64,000 bases of DNA from Octopus vulgaris. Lineage: Eukaryota. A model generated the notes under the pieces. The model searched no databases. It was given only the letters and a program-made list of their open reading frames with translations, and was not told where the DNA came from. The stretch lies in assembly GCA_951406725.2 (NCBI GenBank), contig OX597839.1:34472001-34536000 (forward strand), given 5' to 3'. A program made the position numbers and the translations under genes. Numbering within the stretch: the first letter of the stretch is position 1; every line of letters begins with the position of its first letter. Positions 1-12,122 of this stretch are shown here, one piece after another.

Positions 1-106
1 GTCTATTCCATGCTGGCATGGAAATGTGGACATTGAAACGATGATTATGTACTGAGTTCATAGTTGACCAGCCATAAAGCAGTATGACCGTGTTTTCTGT
101 TGACAG

Positions 107-272
107 GAGTTCAGGTCTTGCCCACGTCAATGCAATGTTACGAGAACAATTGGACCAAGCAACATCTGCAAACCAAAGCCTCACCAACGACATTCAGAAG
201 TTGACCACTGATTGGCAAATGGCTCGAGAAGATCTTGATCTCAAAGAACAAGAGTGGAGAGAAGAAGAACAG
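107..272 (+). CDS. CROCC: Rootletin exon w1 (first exon visible; gene is 5'-incomplete)
   Basis: tgacag|G acceptor, CAG|gtaact donor; SSGLAHVNAMLREQLDQATSANQSLTNDIQKLT...W.EEEQ resembles the Rootletin N-terminal domain motif VN.MLREQL. Confidence 0.9.
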
Positions 273-343
273 GTAACTCTTATTTCTCTGTGCTTTTTCT
301 TCCCCCCCCTCTCTCCCTTTCTCTCACTCTTATTTTTTTTTAA

Positions 344-473
344 CCTTTAGCATGCTGAAGGCATAATATGTCGCCAAATAAGTTTTCTCCCCTCTCAGTG
401 CAACACAATGTGCCTGCAGTTACAGGGGAGAAAACCTGTGTGGCAACATGATTTGCCTTCAGCATGCTAAAGG
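344..473. mobile_element. piggyBac-like MITE
   Basis: TTAA on both sides (340-343, 474-477); 20-bp TIR CCTTTAGCATGCTGAAGGCA / TGCCTTCAGCATGCTAAAGG. Confidence 0.7.
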
Positions 474-571
474 TTAATTATGAATGCTTTAGAGCTAGTA
501 GAAGGTAGCAAGCTCATAGAGGGTGGAGACACATACACACACACACACACACACATATATGTGTATATGTA

Positions 572-638
<67 letters not shown>

Positions 639-964
639 TTTTAATCTTTTATCTGTTTCAGTCATTTGACTGTGGCCATCCCGGAGCATCATGTTATATC
701 TATATATATATATATATAAGGTGATGCTCCGCCCTCTATGAGGTTGCTACCTTCTACTAGCCCTAAAGCATTCATAATTAACCTTTAGCATGCTGAAGGC
801 AAATCATGTTGCCACACAGGTTTTCTCCCCTGTAACTGCAGGCACATTGTGTTGCTTTGAGAGGAGAGAAAACTCATTTGGCGATGTAAAATGTGACCGC
901 GTGTGTACCGTTGGCAATTTTTTTCTCTGTCTAGTAGAAGGTAGCAAGCTCATAGAGGGTGGAG

Positions 965-998
<34 letters not shown>

Positions 999-1052
999 TC
1001 ATTTAATCTTTTATCTGTCTCAGTCATTTGACGTTGGCCATCCCGGAGCATC

Positions 1053-1109
<57 letters not shown>

Positions 1110-2099
1110 CTTCTTTCATTTTCTGTTTATCAAACCCACTCACTAGGCTGTGGTCAACCCCTGGGCTATAGCAGAAGCCACTTGCCCAAGGTGCTGCACA
1201 GTGGGACTGAACCCAAAACCACATGGTTGCAAAACAGGGTCCTTCACCACACAGCCATCCTATAGACTACTTCATATTTTCCTACACATTCTTTCCTCAT
1301 CAAAATATGTCTACCACTCTTCTTTCTTCTTTCATTATTCATTTCTCGTTAGTCTCCCCAACACCGTCTAATTAATGTATTTAGTTAGATTGGGTTACAG
1401 TTGGGTTACATTTTAATTAAGTTCCTTGTTCTCCCCCCTCTTTTCTTTCTCTGAACAGTGTTTTTTTTTATATTTATTTTATTGTTTTTTGTGTTATTTA
1501 TTTTTTGTCTGCTTGTATATTTGTCTTTTGATCCCTTTGTTATATAGTTCCCCTTTTCTCTCACAGTCTATGTGTGTGTGTGTGTGTATGTATATATATT
1601 TGTAGGTGTGTTTGTATATGTGTGTGTATGTGTATGTATTTATGTGTTTGTGTGTATTTAGGTAGGTACATAGGTATATACATAGGTATATACATAGGTA
1701 TGTACATAGGTATATACATAGGTATATACATAAGCACAAATTGAAAACCAAAACTCCCACTGTGCCATGGAGACAGAAACAAAGGAATGAATAAATCACA
1801 CTCAGGTGTGAACGTTGATTGCAGGTATATCCATTAGGGTGGGCGACACAAACACAGGCTGGCTGAAAGGTGGGGGGTGTCGAGCAGAGACCCCCGCCCG
1901 TACCCTCGCCCACTGAAAACTTCACAGAACCACCTGGAATGTGTGCTGTTGAAGACACATTGAGTTGATAAGCTGCTGTTTCTTAAAGTATTCAGGAGTT
2001 CTTGGAGCAAGAGGAGAGGAGAGGAAGAAACGGTACTGAATTTCAATTCATTTTATGTAACCTTTTCAGCATTGGATTTTCTTAACCTGTGCTTTTGGG

Positions 2100-2423
2100 A
2101 CATATCTACACACACACACACATATATACATACAAACATAAATACATACATACATACATACATACATACAAAAACATAAATACACACATAAATACATACA
2201 TACATACATATATACATACATACAAACATACATACAAACATACATACATACATACATACACACACATACATACATACATAAATACATACATACACACACA
2301 CACATACATATATACATACATACATACATACATACATACATACATACATACATACATACATACACATACATACATACGTACATACATACATACATATATA
2401 CATACATACATACGTACATATAC

Positions 2424-2454
<31 letters not shown>

Positions 2455-2550
2455 TACATACATACATACATACATACACACACACATATAAACATACATA
2501 CATATATATATTTATACACAGATACATACATATATATTTATACACATACA
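2100..2550. repeat. (ATAC)n/(AC)n compound microsatellite
   Basis: Seen directly; source of the spurious MYVC/YIHT ORFs. Confidence 0.95.
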
Positions 2551-3284
2551 CTGGGCCTGGTGCAGCCTTCTGGCTTCCCAGACCCCAGTTGACCTGTCCA
2601 ACCCATGCTAGCATGGAAAGCGGACGCTAAACGATAATGATATACATACATATATACACACACATACACATACACACATATATGCATATGTAAATTATAT
2701 GCATATTCATATATATATATAGAGAGAGATATATATATATTATGTGTATATATGTGTGTATTATTCTGCAATTTGTTGAGAAACAATATAATGTTTACTC
2801 TTGGTGGGACTCCTGTACATCAAAGAGAGTGAAAATTTCCGCCTGAATGAGACTTTGAAGGATAGATACTGAGATGCCAGGCAAATAATTATTGTCCATC
2901 TATCCAACCATACAAATAAACACAGAAAAACAGATAATTAATATCAATTAGGTGGTGACAACATCTGTCTAATACATGTTAATTAGACAAAACCTTTTTA
3001 AATATTGTTAATTCTAAGGAGAAAAGACACAACTGAAAAGAGAAATAATTTGGTAGTAAACATTGGTAAGTTTAAAAACGGTCTCTATTCTTTATTTCGT
3101 TATATGTATATAATATAATTATGATATAAAAGGTAAAATATAGAAGCAATCATTTCTTTCTTTAACTCGTTAGTTTGATTAAAGCCTTGATGGGGCAACA
3201 CCTTATTTACTGATTGTAAATTTGTAGATATGCTTAGATTCAGTGATGTAAAAGTAATAATCTTTATATTGTTTTGTGTGCATG

Positions 3285-3336
<52 letters not shown>

Positions 3337-4299
3337 ATAAGTGGAGTATAATGTGAATTGTGTAATGTAGATGTATGCGAAATATATTTGTAGTTCTCTC
3401 TCCATGTCAAAGATGTCAATGTGAGTTTTCTGTGATTTATAATTGTGTATGAAGTATAAATGAAGTTTGAGTGCGTTTGTATGCATGCGTGTGTGTGTGT
3501 GTGTGCATGGGCATGTATCTGTGTGTGTGTGTGTGTGTGTCTATTTTGTGTGGGGTGTATGTATCTATGCATTTATGTGTGTAAGGATGTGTGTGGTATG
3601 TGTTTGTATGTATGTATATATATATATGTGTGTGTGTGTGTGTATATATATATAATCATCATCATCGTTTAACGTCCATTTTCCATGCTAGCATGAGTTG
3701 GACAGTTCGACTGGGGTCTGGGAAGCCAGGAGGCTGCACCAGGCTCCAGTCTGATCTGGCAGTATTTCTACAGCTGGATGCCCTTCCTAATGCCAACCAC
3801 TCCAAGAGTGTAGTGGGTACTTTTTACATGCCACTGGCACAGGGGCCAGAGGGGGTCTGGCAACAGCCACAATCGATTGGTGCTTATATATATAAGAAAT
3901 TTTATGTATCCCAATATCTGTGTCATTTTGTTTTTCTGTTATTCATCATCATCATCATCATCATCATTTAACATCCACCTTGTCCTTGCTTATTTGTTAC
4001 TTTCTTTTTTTTTTTCTCTTATAACTTTATTACCGTTCTAGCTCAAGACCTTGTGCTTTTTTGTTATTCTACTTGTCTTATTTTTACTGTTCATGTTTGC
4101 CTTCCATGTCTGCTCATTTATACACCAGCAGCTTATGTTGATGACACAGCCAAACTGGGCAATACCACCAGGTGTTGAAATAGTAATGATATTTGGTCGA
4201 CAACTGATGAGGGGCTGAATGTCTCCACATCCATTGTGTGTATTTTTTTCCTGTTTTTCCCTGTGTTCCTTTGACGTCCCCTGTGCCACATTTTTATGC

Positions 4300-4459
4300 T
4301 ATATGGCTGTATTGTAAGTAGCTTGTCTACCAACCACATGGTTCCAGGTTCAGTCCTACTGCGTGGCACCTTGGGCAAGTGTCTTCTACTATAGCCTCGG
4401 GTCAACCAAAGCCTTGTGAGTGGATTTGTTAAACAGAAGCCTGTCGTGTGTATATATGA

Positions 4460-4490
<31 letters not shown>

Positions 4491-4712
4491 TATGTATATG
4501 TTTGTGTGTCTGTGTTTGTCCCCCAACCATCATTTGAAAATTGATGTTGGTGTGTTTATGTCCCCATAACTTAGTGGTTCAGCAAAAGAGACTGATAGAG
4601 TAAGTACTAGGCTTACAAAGTAATGTCCAGGTGTGGGGGGTGGGGTGATTTCTTCAACTAAAAGGTGGTGCTCCAGCATGTCCACAGTCAAATGACTGAA
4701 ACAAATAAAAGA
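4300..4712 (+). mobile_element. tRNA-headed SINE family A (about 400 bp, internal TA/TG microsatellite)
   Basis: A-box-like TGGCTGT..GT, B-box-like GGTTCAGTCC, body CCTTGGGCAAGTGTCTTCTACTATAGC; many near-identical copies in the window. Confidence 0.85.
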
Positions 4713-5314
4713 ATATATATCGAACATGGCCGTTGCCAGCGCCGCCCTGACTGGCTTCCGTGCCAGTGGCACGTAAAAAGCACCATCTGATCGTGGCCAT
4801 TGCCAGCCTTGTCTGGCACATAAAAAGCACCCACTACACTCACGGAGTGGTTGGTGTTAGGAAGGGCATCCAGCCGTAGAAACATTGCCAGATCAGACTG
4901 GGCCTGGTGCAGCCTTCTGGCTTCCCAGACCCCAGTTGAACCGTCCAACCCATGCTAGCATGGAAAGCGGACGCTAAACGATGATTATGATGATGATGAT
5001 GATATATATGTGTGTGTGTGTTTGGTTTTGTATCCTCAAATACCAGCATAGGTATTATCCATTCCAAAAACTTCAAGGTTTCGTCTGCTCTGTCCACATC
5101 CCCAGTGTCCATGGTCAGTAAAATATTAAAGAAATATGTAGAAAGAAACACCAATTGTGTTTCATTTGTTTGCTTTTCTTTTTACTAACGATGATTGAAA
5201 TATTCTAATTAGTCTGTTTCTTACTTCTTTTCTCTGAGGGTTTTCCTTCTCATTCTCCATTTTTAATTAATTTTTTTAACTAATGAATTTAATTTGTCTT
5301 TGCAAATGTTTCAG

Positions 5315-5527
5315 TCTTTCAACCAGTTCTACAATGAAGAACACAACCGTTTGCACAACCTGTGGAAGTCTGTGATAACATTTCGTCGTGAATTCAACGA
5401 TTTGAAATCGGCAACCGAGAGAGACCTACACAACGTCCGTTCCGATATCAACCGCACTGCCCGAGGAATGTACTCTGCTGCTCTCAATTACAGTTCAAAT
5501 GCAAGACATGTCGACACACAAACGCTG
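5315..5527 (+). CDS. CROCC: Rootletin exon w2
   Basis: tttcag|TCT, CTG|gtaggt; SFNQFYNEEHNRLHNLWKSVITFRREFNDLKSATERDL is typical rootletin sequence; phase 0/0. Confidence 0.92.
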
Positions 5528-6264
5528 GTAGGTTAAAGACAAATTTTTTTAAAAATAAAAATACAAACAGGAAAACAATGTCTTGAGATTTCTGAATTCT
5601 GTATCATTAACATTGTTCAACATGTCTATACAGTAATTATCCAGTGAAATAAACTTCCACCAGCAAGCTAGTTAACCAACGCATTTCACACTCAACACAC
5701 AATACAAGCAGTAATACTTGTGGGTTAGGGTATTTGGCTCATGATTGTAAGGTTGTGAGTTCAATTCCCAGCGACACATTGTGTCCTTGAGCAAGACACT
5801 TCATTTCATATTGCCCCAGTCCCCTCAGCTGGTAAAATTGAGTTGTATCTGTAATTCAAAAGGGTCAGCCTTCTCACACCCTGTGTCATGCTGAATCTCT
5901 CCAAGAACTACATTAAGGGTATGCATGTCTGTGGAATACTCAGCCACTTGCACATTCATTTCACAAGCAGGCTGTTCCATTGATCATCGTAGCTGACGGA
6001 GTGCCAGTGATTTAAGATGGTGAGCTGGGCAGACTCGTTAGAACAATGAGCAAAATACTTAGCAACATTTCATCCGTCTTTACATTCTGAGTTCAAATCC
6101 TGCCGAGGTCAACTATGCCTTTCATCCTTTTGGAATCAATAAATTAAGTACCAATGAAACACTGGGGTCAATATAATCAACTAGTACCCTTCCCCAAAAT
6201 TTCAGGTCTAGTGCCTTCAGTAGAAAGAATTATAATTATTATTATTGTTGTTGTTGTTGTTGTT

Positions 6265-6620
6265 CAGCATTTGGTAGTTTGAGCCAAATTTCTACTGCCC
6301 CACCTGCTACACCTCCATGGTGCTGCGGTGTGTGCAGCATTGTGTGTTCTTTTCTGTTGTTGGGAGTGCTCAAACTCTTCCCAGTATTGTATTGTGTTAG
6401 CCTTTGTTTTGTTTTGTTTTTTGTTTCCTCCTGAGGTTTAGAGCAGTCTTTTGTTGTATTACTGCTTGTATTGTGTGTTGAGTGTGAAATGCATTGGTTA
6501 CCTAGCTTGCTGGTGGAAGTTTATTTCATTGGATAATTACTGTATAGAGTGTGCTTTGTGTTTGTGGGTTGTATCTTGCATAGGATGTGGGCTGTTCCTA
6601 GCTGGGCTAATTTTTTGAAT
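6265..6620 (-). mobile_element. 3' end of an RLE-type (R4/Dong-like) non-LTR retrotransposon
   Basis: Minus strand reads KLAQLGTAHILCK, like the RLE C-terminal motif K.ALLGTAHILRK, then a 3' UTR ending in (AAC)n. Confidence 0.6.
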
Positions 6621-6705
6621 AGTGTGTAGTTTTGAGGATCAAGGTATTGCTTCTACATTTTTGTTCATAATATTATTATTATTGTTATCATTATTATTAT
6701 TATTA

Positions 6706-6739
<34 letters not shown>

Positions 6740-6748
6740 CCTCTTTAG

Positions 6749-6870
6749 GTTGCTTTAGACAAAGAAAAGACCGAAAGAACAACTCTTGAAAACCAGTTGA
6801 AGGAGAAGATTCGTGATAATGTCCAGTTACAGGCTCGTTACGATACACTCACCACAGAATTAAATACAAA
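6749..6870 (+). CDS. CROCC: Rootletin exon w3
   Basis: ctttag|GTT, AA|gtaaga; VALDKEKTERTTLENQLKEKIRDNVQLQARYDTLTTELNT; phase 0/2; not in ORF track. Confidence 0.88.
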
Positions 6871-7045
6871 GTAAGAGGGATTCAATGGATTTTTTGTTTT
6901 GTTTTGTTTTTTTAAATAAAACAAGAAAAAGGAAAAAAAAAAGAAACACTGTTACATCTGTTTTCTGTAATGATTGAAAGACAAAAGAAGACTTTTGTTT
7001 GAAATAATGCATTCACACACACACAGAGAAACCTGTTATCTAAGG

Positions 7046-7524
7046 CAGTGGTTCTCAACTAGTTTTTACCCATGGGCCCCTTTGATTCCTATTCTAATCT
7101 GCTGAACCTGCCATAACCATTTGAGGTTTTTAAAAAATCCCATATTTCTATAGTTAATTATTATTAATAAGAAAAAAAAACATGATTTTTCCGTGGTCGC
7201 TGCCAGTACCGCCATACTGGCCCTCATGCCAGTGGCACGTAAAAGCACCCACTACACTCTCAGAGTGGTTGGCATTAGGAAGGGCATCCAGCTGTAGAAA
7301 CTCTGCCAGATCAGATAGGAGCCTGGTGCAGACATCTGGTTCACCAGTCCTCAATCAAATCGTCCAACCCATGCCAGCATGGAAAGCAGGCTTAAACGAT
7401 GATGATGATAATGAATTGTATAAAAAATTGTTGAAATATTCTATGTATTGTAGAAATATAAGCGATATATTGTACATAATTTTCAATGACAAAATCTCAT
7501 CAGGTCCCCAGTTGAGAACCACTG
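7046..7524. mobile_element. hAT-type MITE with nested family-D insertion (about 7190-7410)
   Basis: TIR CAGTGGTTCTCAACT / AGTTGAGAACCACTG; perfect 8-bp TSD ATCTAAGG at 7038-7045 and 7525-7532. Confidence 0.88.
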
Positions 7525-7807
7525 ATCTAAGGAATTCCATCTATGACCATCCCCAGTGATTCTGTGAGGTATTTTGCAATGTGGTTGTGTGGTAAGAAGT
7601 TTGCTTTCCAACCACATGGTTCCAGGTTCAGTCCCACTGCATGACACCTTGGACAAATATCTTCTGCTATAGCTTTGGGTCAATCAAAGCCTTGCAGTGG
7701 GGCCAAAATGAAAACTATGGAGTAGCAAAGCAAATTCCCTGACCACACAGCCATGATTGTGCCTATGCTTTCTGATATTTTCTCAAATTTTCTTTTTTTT
7801 AAAATTC

Positions 7808-8092
7808 AATTTTATTTTAGTTTATTTTATTGTATTTTATTTTATTTTATTTATTTTATTTTATTTTATTGTATTTTATTTTATTGTATTTTATTTTATT
7901 TTATTTTATTTTATTTTATTTTATTTTATTGTATTTTAATTTATTTTATTTTATTTTATTGTATTTTATTGTATTTTATTTTATTTTATTGTATTTTATT
8001 TTATTGTATTTTATTGTATTTTATTGTATTTTATTTTATTGTATTTTATTTTATTTTATTTTATTTTATTGTATTTTATTTTATTTTATTTT
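7808..8092. repeat. (TATTT)n/(TATTG) pentamer microsatellite
   Basis: Runs up to the exon w4 acceptor. Confidence 0.95.
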
Positions 8093-8096
8093 ACAG

Positions 8097-8666
8097 AATC
8101 AATGACCTTACTCTTCTGAATGATAAACTGCTTCAGCAAGTGGAAGAGAAGGACCGACTCCTTAAGGTCGGTCAGCTAAAACTTGAACAAGTGGAGCAAC
8201 AGCAGAACAATCACGAGCAAGAAATTGTCCACCAGTCTCGAATGGAAACCGATGCACTCCACCTGGCCTTGAGGGATATCGCTCAGGCTGTTATTAACGA
8301 CGCCGACCTCTCTTGCACTGCAGACGCTACATCGGCTGACCAACCCGACACAATCGAACCAGTGTTGACTTCAACCTCATTCCGCCCTCGGTCTACCTCA
8401 CCCGGCCACTCAATGTCACCCAAGAAACGAAACCGCTCCATGTCGCCGTTGACCCGATCTCGATCTCCAGCATTTGCCGACGCAACTTTCTCGGCTGTCC
8501 AAGCGGCACTCAACAAACGACAAATGCAAGTCCAGGAATTAAAAGCCAAATTGGGTTCAAGTCGGGACCACATTGTCTCATTGCGAATGTCTCTAGAATC
8601 TGCAGACACTGACCGGCGTAAATCAGAACAGGCAATTACATCATTGAAAAACGATATCGAAGATGT
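8097..8666 (+). CDS. CROCC: Rootletin exon w4
   Basis: ttacag|A, GT|gtatgt; INDLTLL...LRDIAQAVINDAD...RSRSPAFADATFSAVQAALNKRQMQVQELK; phase 2/2. Confidence 0.92.
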
Positions 8667-8767
8667 GTATGTATCGTATTTCCTAATTAATTCTTCATTA
8701 TATTCGTTATGGTTCTTTTCCTTTTAACACTTTGGTGTTCTGATTATTCTGTCAAATGTCACCATTA

Positions 8768-9215
8768 TAAAAAGCACCATCCGAATCGTGGCCAATGCCA
8801 GCGCCGCCTCGTCTGGTTCCCGTGTCGGTGGCACGTAAAAAGCACCATCCGAAGTGGCCGAAGCCAGTGCTGCCTCGACTGGCTTCCGTGTCGGTGGCAC
8901 GTGAAAAGCACCATCCGAATCGTGGCCGAAGCCAGTGCTGCCTCGACTGGCTTCCGTGCCGGTGGCGCATAAAATGCACCAATCCGACCGTGGCAGATGC
9001 CAGCCTCGCCTGGCACCAGTGCAGGTGGCACGTAAAAAGCACCCACTACACTCGCGGAGTGGTTGGCGTTAGGAAGGGCATCCAGCTGTAGAAACACTGC
9101 CAGATCAGACTAGAGCCTGGTGCAGCCTTCTGGCTTCCCAGATCCCCGGTCGAACAGTCCAACCCATGCTAGCACGGAGAACGGACGTTAAACGATGATG
9201 ATGATGATGATGATG
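8768..9215 (+). mobile_element. Family D short retroelement: tandem 5' units of about 60-66 bp, (GAT)n tail
   Basis: Core GAGTGGTTGGCGTTAGGAAGGGCATCCAGC, tail GGACGTTAAAC(GAT)n; other copies at 3657-3885(-), 4722-5001, 11580-11765, 23270-23612, 24078-24415, 26243-26515, 42470-42780(-), 53410-53692(-), 60050-60272. Confidence 0.8.
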
Positions 9216-9543
9216 TTCAGTCCATTGCTGGATGAAAGCCTCAGCATGTCCTCTCCAGCAACCATGATCTCATACTTTCCTCCATCCATGTTTGGGTGCC
9301 GAAGTCTTTAACAAAGCCTTCATTCCAACTTCTGCATGGTCTTCCCCTCCTTCTGGACACGGTGTCCACTCAGTCAATTTGCTATTCCATCTATTATCCT
9401 TTCTTCTAAACATGTTTCTGGCCCCTGAAACATGTTCTCTCAGAGAATTCTGTTGCAGACCTTTGCAAGTGAAAGGGTGAAAAATGAAATAGGAATTTTG
9501 AAAGAAGTATCTATTTAACTATGTTTTTAAACATCAGATGGCT

Positions 9544-10220
9544 AAGGGGTCCACCAGAGCAAAACAGTAATGAAACGGGTCCACCATAGTAAAATAGTAA
9601 TGAAAGGGATCCACCAGGGCAAAATAGTAATGAAAGGGGTCCACCAGAGTAAAATAGTAATAAGAGGGGTCCATCAGAGTAAAATAGTAATGAAAGGGGT
9701 CCATCAGAGTAAAACAATAATGAAAGGGGTCCACCACAGTAAAATAGTAATGAAAGGGGTCCATCAGAGTAAAACAGTAATGAAAGGGGTCCATCAGAGC
9801 AAAACGGTATTGAAAGGGGTCCACCAGAGTAAAATAGTAATGAAAGGGGTCCAGCAGAACAAAACAATAATGAAAGGGGTCAACCAGAGCAAAACAGTAA
9901 TGAAAGGGGTCCACCAGAGTACAATAGCAATGAAAGGTCCATCAGAGCAAAATAGTAATAAAAGGGGTCCATCAGAACAAAACAGTAATGAAAGGGGTCC
10001 ACTAGAGCAAAACATTAATGAAAGGGGTCCACCAGAGCAAAATAGTAATGAAAGGGGTCCATTAGAGTAAAACAGTAATGAAAGGGGTCTATCAGAGCAA
10101 AATAGTATTGAAAGTGGTCCACCAGAGTAAAATAGTTATGAAAGGGGTCCACCTGAGCAAAATAGTAATGAAAAGGGTCCACCGGAGTAAGATAGTAATG
10201 AAAGAGACCCATTAGAAAAG
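9544..10220. repeat. 30-bp minisatellite, about 22 copies
   Basis: Unit AAGGGGTCCACCAGAGTAAAATAGTAATGA. Confidence 0.95.
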
Positions 10221-10489
10221 AATGGTTCAGAACCACAGTTCTACAAAGTCACCAAATTTCCCTTGAAATCACACCCTGCCGTTTTACAGATGGAGAGTCA
10301 CATTGAATAACATACTCCTAGGTACATTTTATCTGACTGAATAGAAGACAAAATGGTCATAGTTGTGAATAATATTTTGGGTTTGATTCAATCAAATAAA
10401 GACACTCACCTTGTGAACACCACCGACCCCTAAAAATCGTAATATTTTTTATTTGTTTTGTTTTGTTTTGTTTATTTGTTTTCATTTAG

Positions 10490-10741
10490 GCGTCGAGATT
10501 ATGTTGATTCCAACCGTGACAGAGATCGAATCAAAAACGTCCTTAATTTAACAGGTAACGAACGCTCTCAATTAGAAAAGATTCGTGAATCCTTAAACGA
10601 ACAAATCGAAGGATTCCGTGTGGAGAACGATAAGCTTCAGGCAGCAAATGCCGAAATCCAGCGCCAGCGAGATAATCTCGAAGATGAGAAAGATGATATC
10701 CTACAAGATAAAGAGAGGCAGATTAAAGAAAACGAAAGATG
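10490..10741 (+). CDS. CROCC: Rootletin exon w5
   Basis: atttag|G, TG|gtcagt; RRDYVDSNRDRDRIK...QRQRDNLEDEKDD; phase 2/2. Confidence 0.9.
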
Positions 10742-10929
10742 GTCAGTAAAATTCCTAATCTCTTGGTCCTTATTTTTAGGGTGGGGTGGGTAAGGGTTTT
10801 GGCTTTTTTTTTTTTTATTTACCTTAGTTCTGAAACTGATAATTAGCAAGACATTAATTTTGTTTGGATTACATAATTATTTTCCCTCGACCACAAGTCT
10901 GCTGCTCTAACCACTAGGCCATATGCCTC

Positions 10930-10962
<33 letters not shown>

Positions 10963-10987
10963 TTACACACACATATATATATATATA

Positions 10988-11216
10988 CAGGATTGGCCAA
11001 AAGTCACCTGACAGTAAAAAAAACCAAATCCAAGATTTATTTATGTCTAACAACTGAAGGAATTTGATAAAACCATCTAAATATGAAACATCATGAAAAT
11101 TGTTCAAACTGAAGTCCTTCTTTTGTGACGCATTTTTTCCATTCGAGTCAATACAGAATTACAGATAGTATTTAGGGAATCTTGATTTACTGTCGGGGGA
11201 CTTTTGGCCAATCCTG
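10988..11216. mobile_element. Tc1/mariner-type MITE
   Basis: TA-flanked TIR CAGGATTGGCCAAAAGTC / GACTTTTGGCCAATCCTG. Confidence 0.85.
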
Positions 11217-11249
<33 letters not shown>

Positions 11250-11254
<5 letters not shown>

Positions 11255-11561
11255 CGTGATCACCGTGACCGACCAGGCTATCAGATGCTGCTACACATCG
11301 CTGGTCACAATGCGTTTCGCATTGTTTTAGCCTTCGAATGACGCCATCCCGCTGGCTAAGCGAGCAGGCCAACAGAAGAAAGAGTGAGAGAAAGTTGTGG
11401 CAAAAGAGTACAGCAGGGATCGCCACCACCCCTGCCGGAGCCGCGTGGAGCTTTAGGTGTTTTCGCTCAATAAACACTCACAACGCCCGGTGTGGGAATC
11501 GAAACCGCGATCCTACAACCGCGAGTCCGCTGCCCTAACCACTGGGCTATTGCGCCTCCAC
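11250..11561 (-). mobile_element. tRNA-headed SINE family B
   Basis: Head GGAGGCGCAATAGCCCAGTGGTTAGGGCAGCGGACTCGCGG...GGTTTCGATTCCC; same tail as the copies at 33996-34271 and 35279-35590. Confidence 0.85.
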
Positions 11562-11994
11562 ATATATATATATATATCTCGTCTGGCACCTGTGTCGGTG
11601 GCACGTAAAAAGCACCCACTACACTCACTGAATGGTTGGCATTAGGAAGGGCATCCAGCCGTAGAAACATTGCCAGATCAGACTGGGCCTGGCGCAGCCT
11701 TCTGGCTTCTCAGACCCCAGTTGAACCGTCCAACCCATGCTAGCATAGAAAGCGGACGCTAAACGACGAGAACATATATGTTTATGTATATATAGTTCAA
11801 ATTTACAGAAAACAAAAGACGAAGACAGGTGAAAGAACAACAAATAGGTGTATTAGTTAAACACTCTGGAAGAATGGAAATGTCTTTGACATTTGACAAG
11901 CCTAAGCTTGTCTAATAATAGATAACCTCATACATATTGGTGCCAACCTTCGTGTCTAGAAGCACCACTTATCTCAAATTTTCATTTGTTTCAG

Positions 11995-12122
11995 CCACAA
12001 AGTCATAGAACAACTTGAGAATAAGATTTCATCACTGAAAGAAGAGATTGTTTTTAACAAAGAGCAGCTGAACAAAACACTTCTTGAGAAAGAAGTACAG
12101 GAACACAAGTCGTTTGAGTTGG
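11995..12122 (+). CDS. CROCC: Rootletin exon w6
   Basis: tttcag|C, G|gtaagt; HKVIEQLENKISSLKEEIVFNKEQLNKTLLEKEV; phase 2/1. Confidence 0.9.

Noticed and set aside
2053-2614. ORFs rich in MYVC/YIHT, and similar ones at 28.3, 38.8, 50.2 and 55.4 kb
   Set aside because: Translations of microsatellites
4195-4235. CTGATGAGGGG as a hammerhead core
   Set aside because: No closing stem II or GAAA half; at best a deleted remnant
9511-10236. Repetitive ORFs and a CRISPR-like look
   Set aside because: Contiguous 30-bp tandem units with no unique spacers, no cas genes and a eukaryotic context
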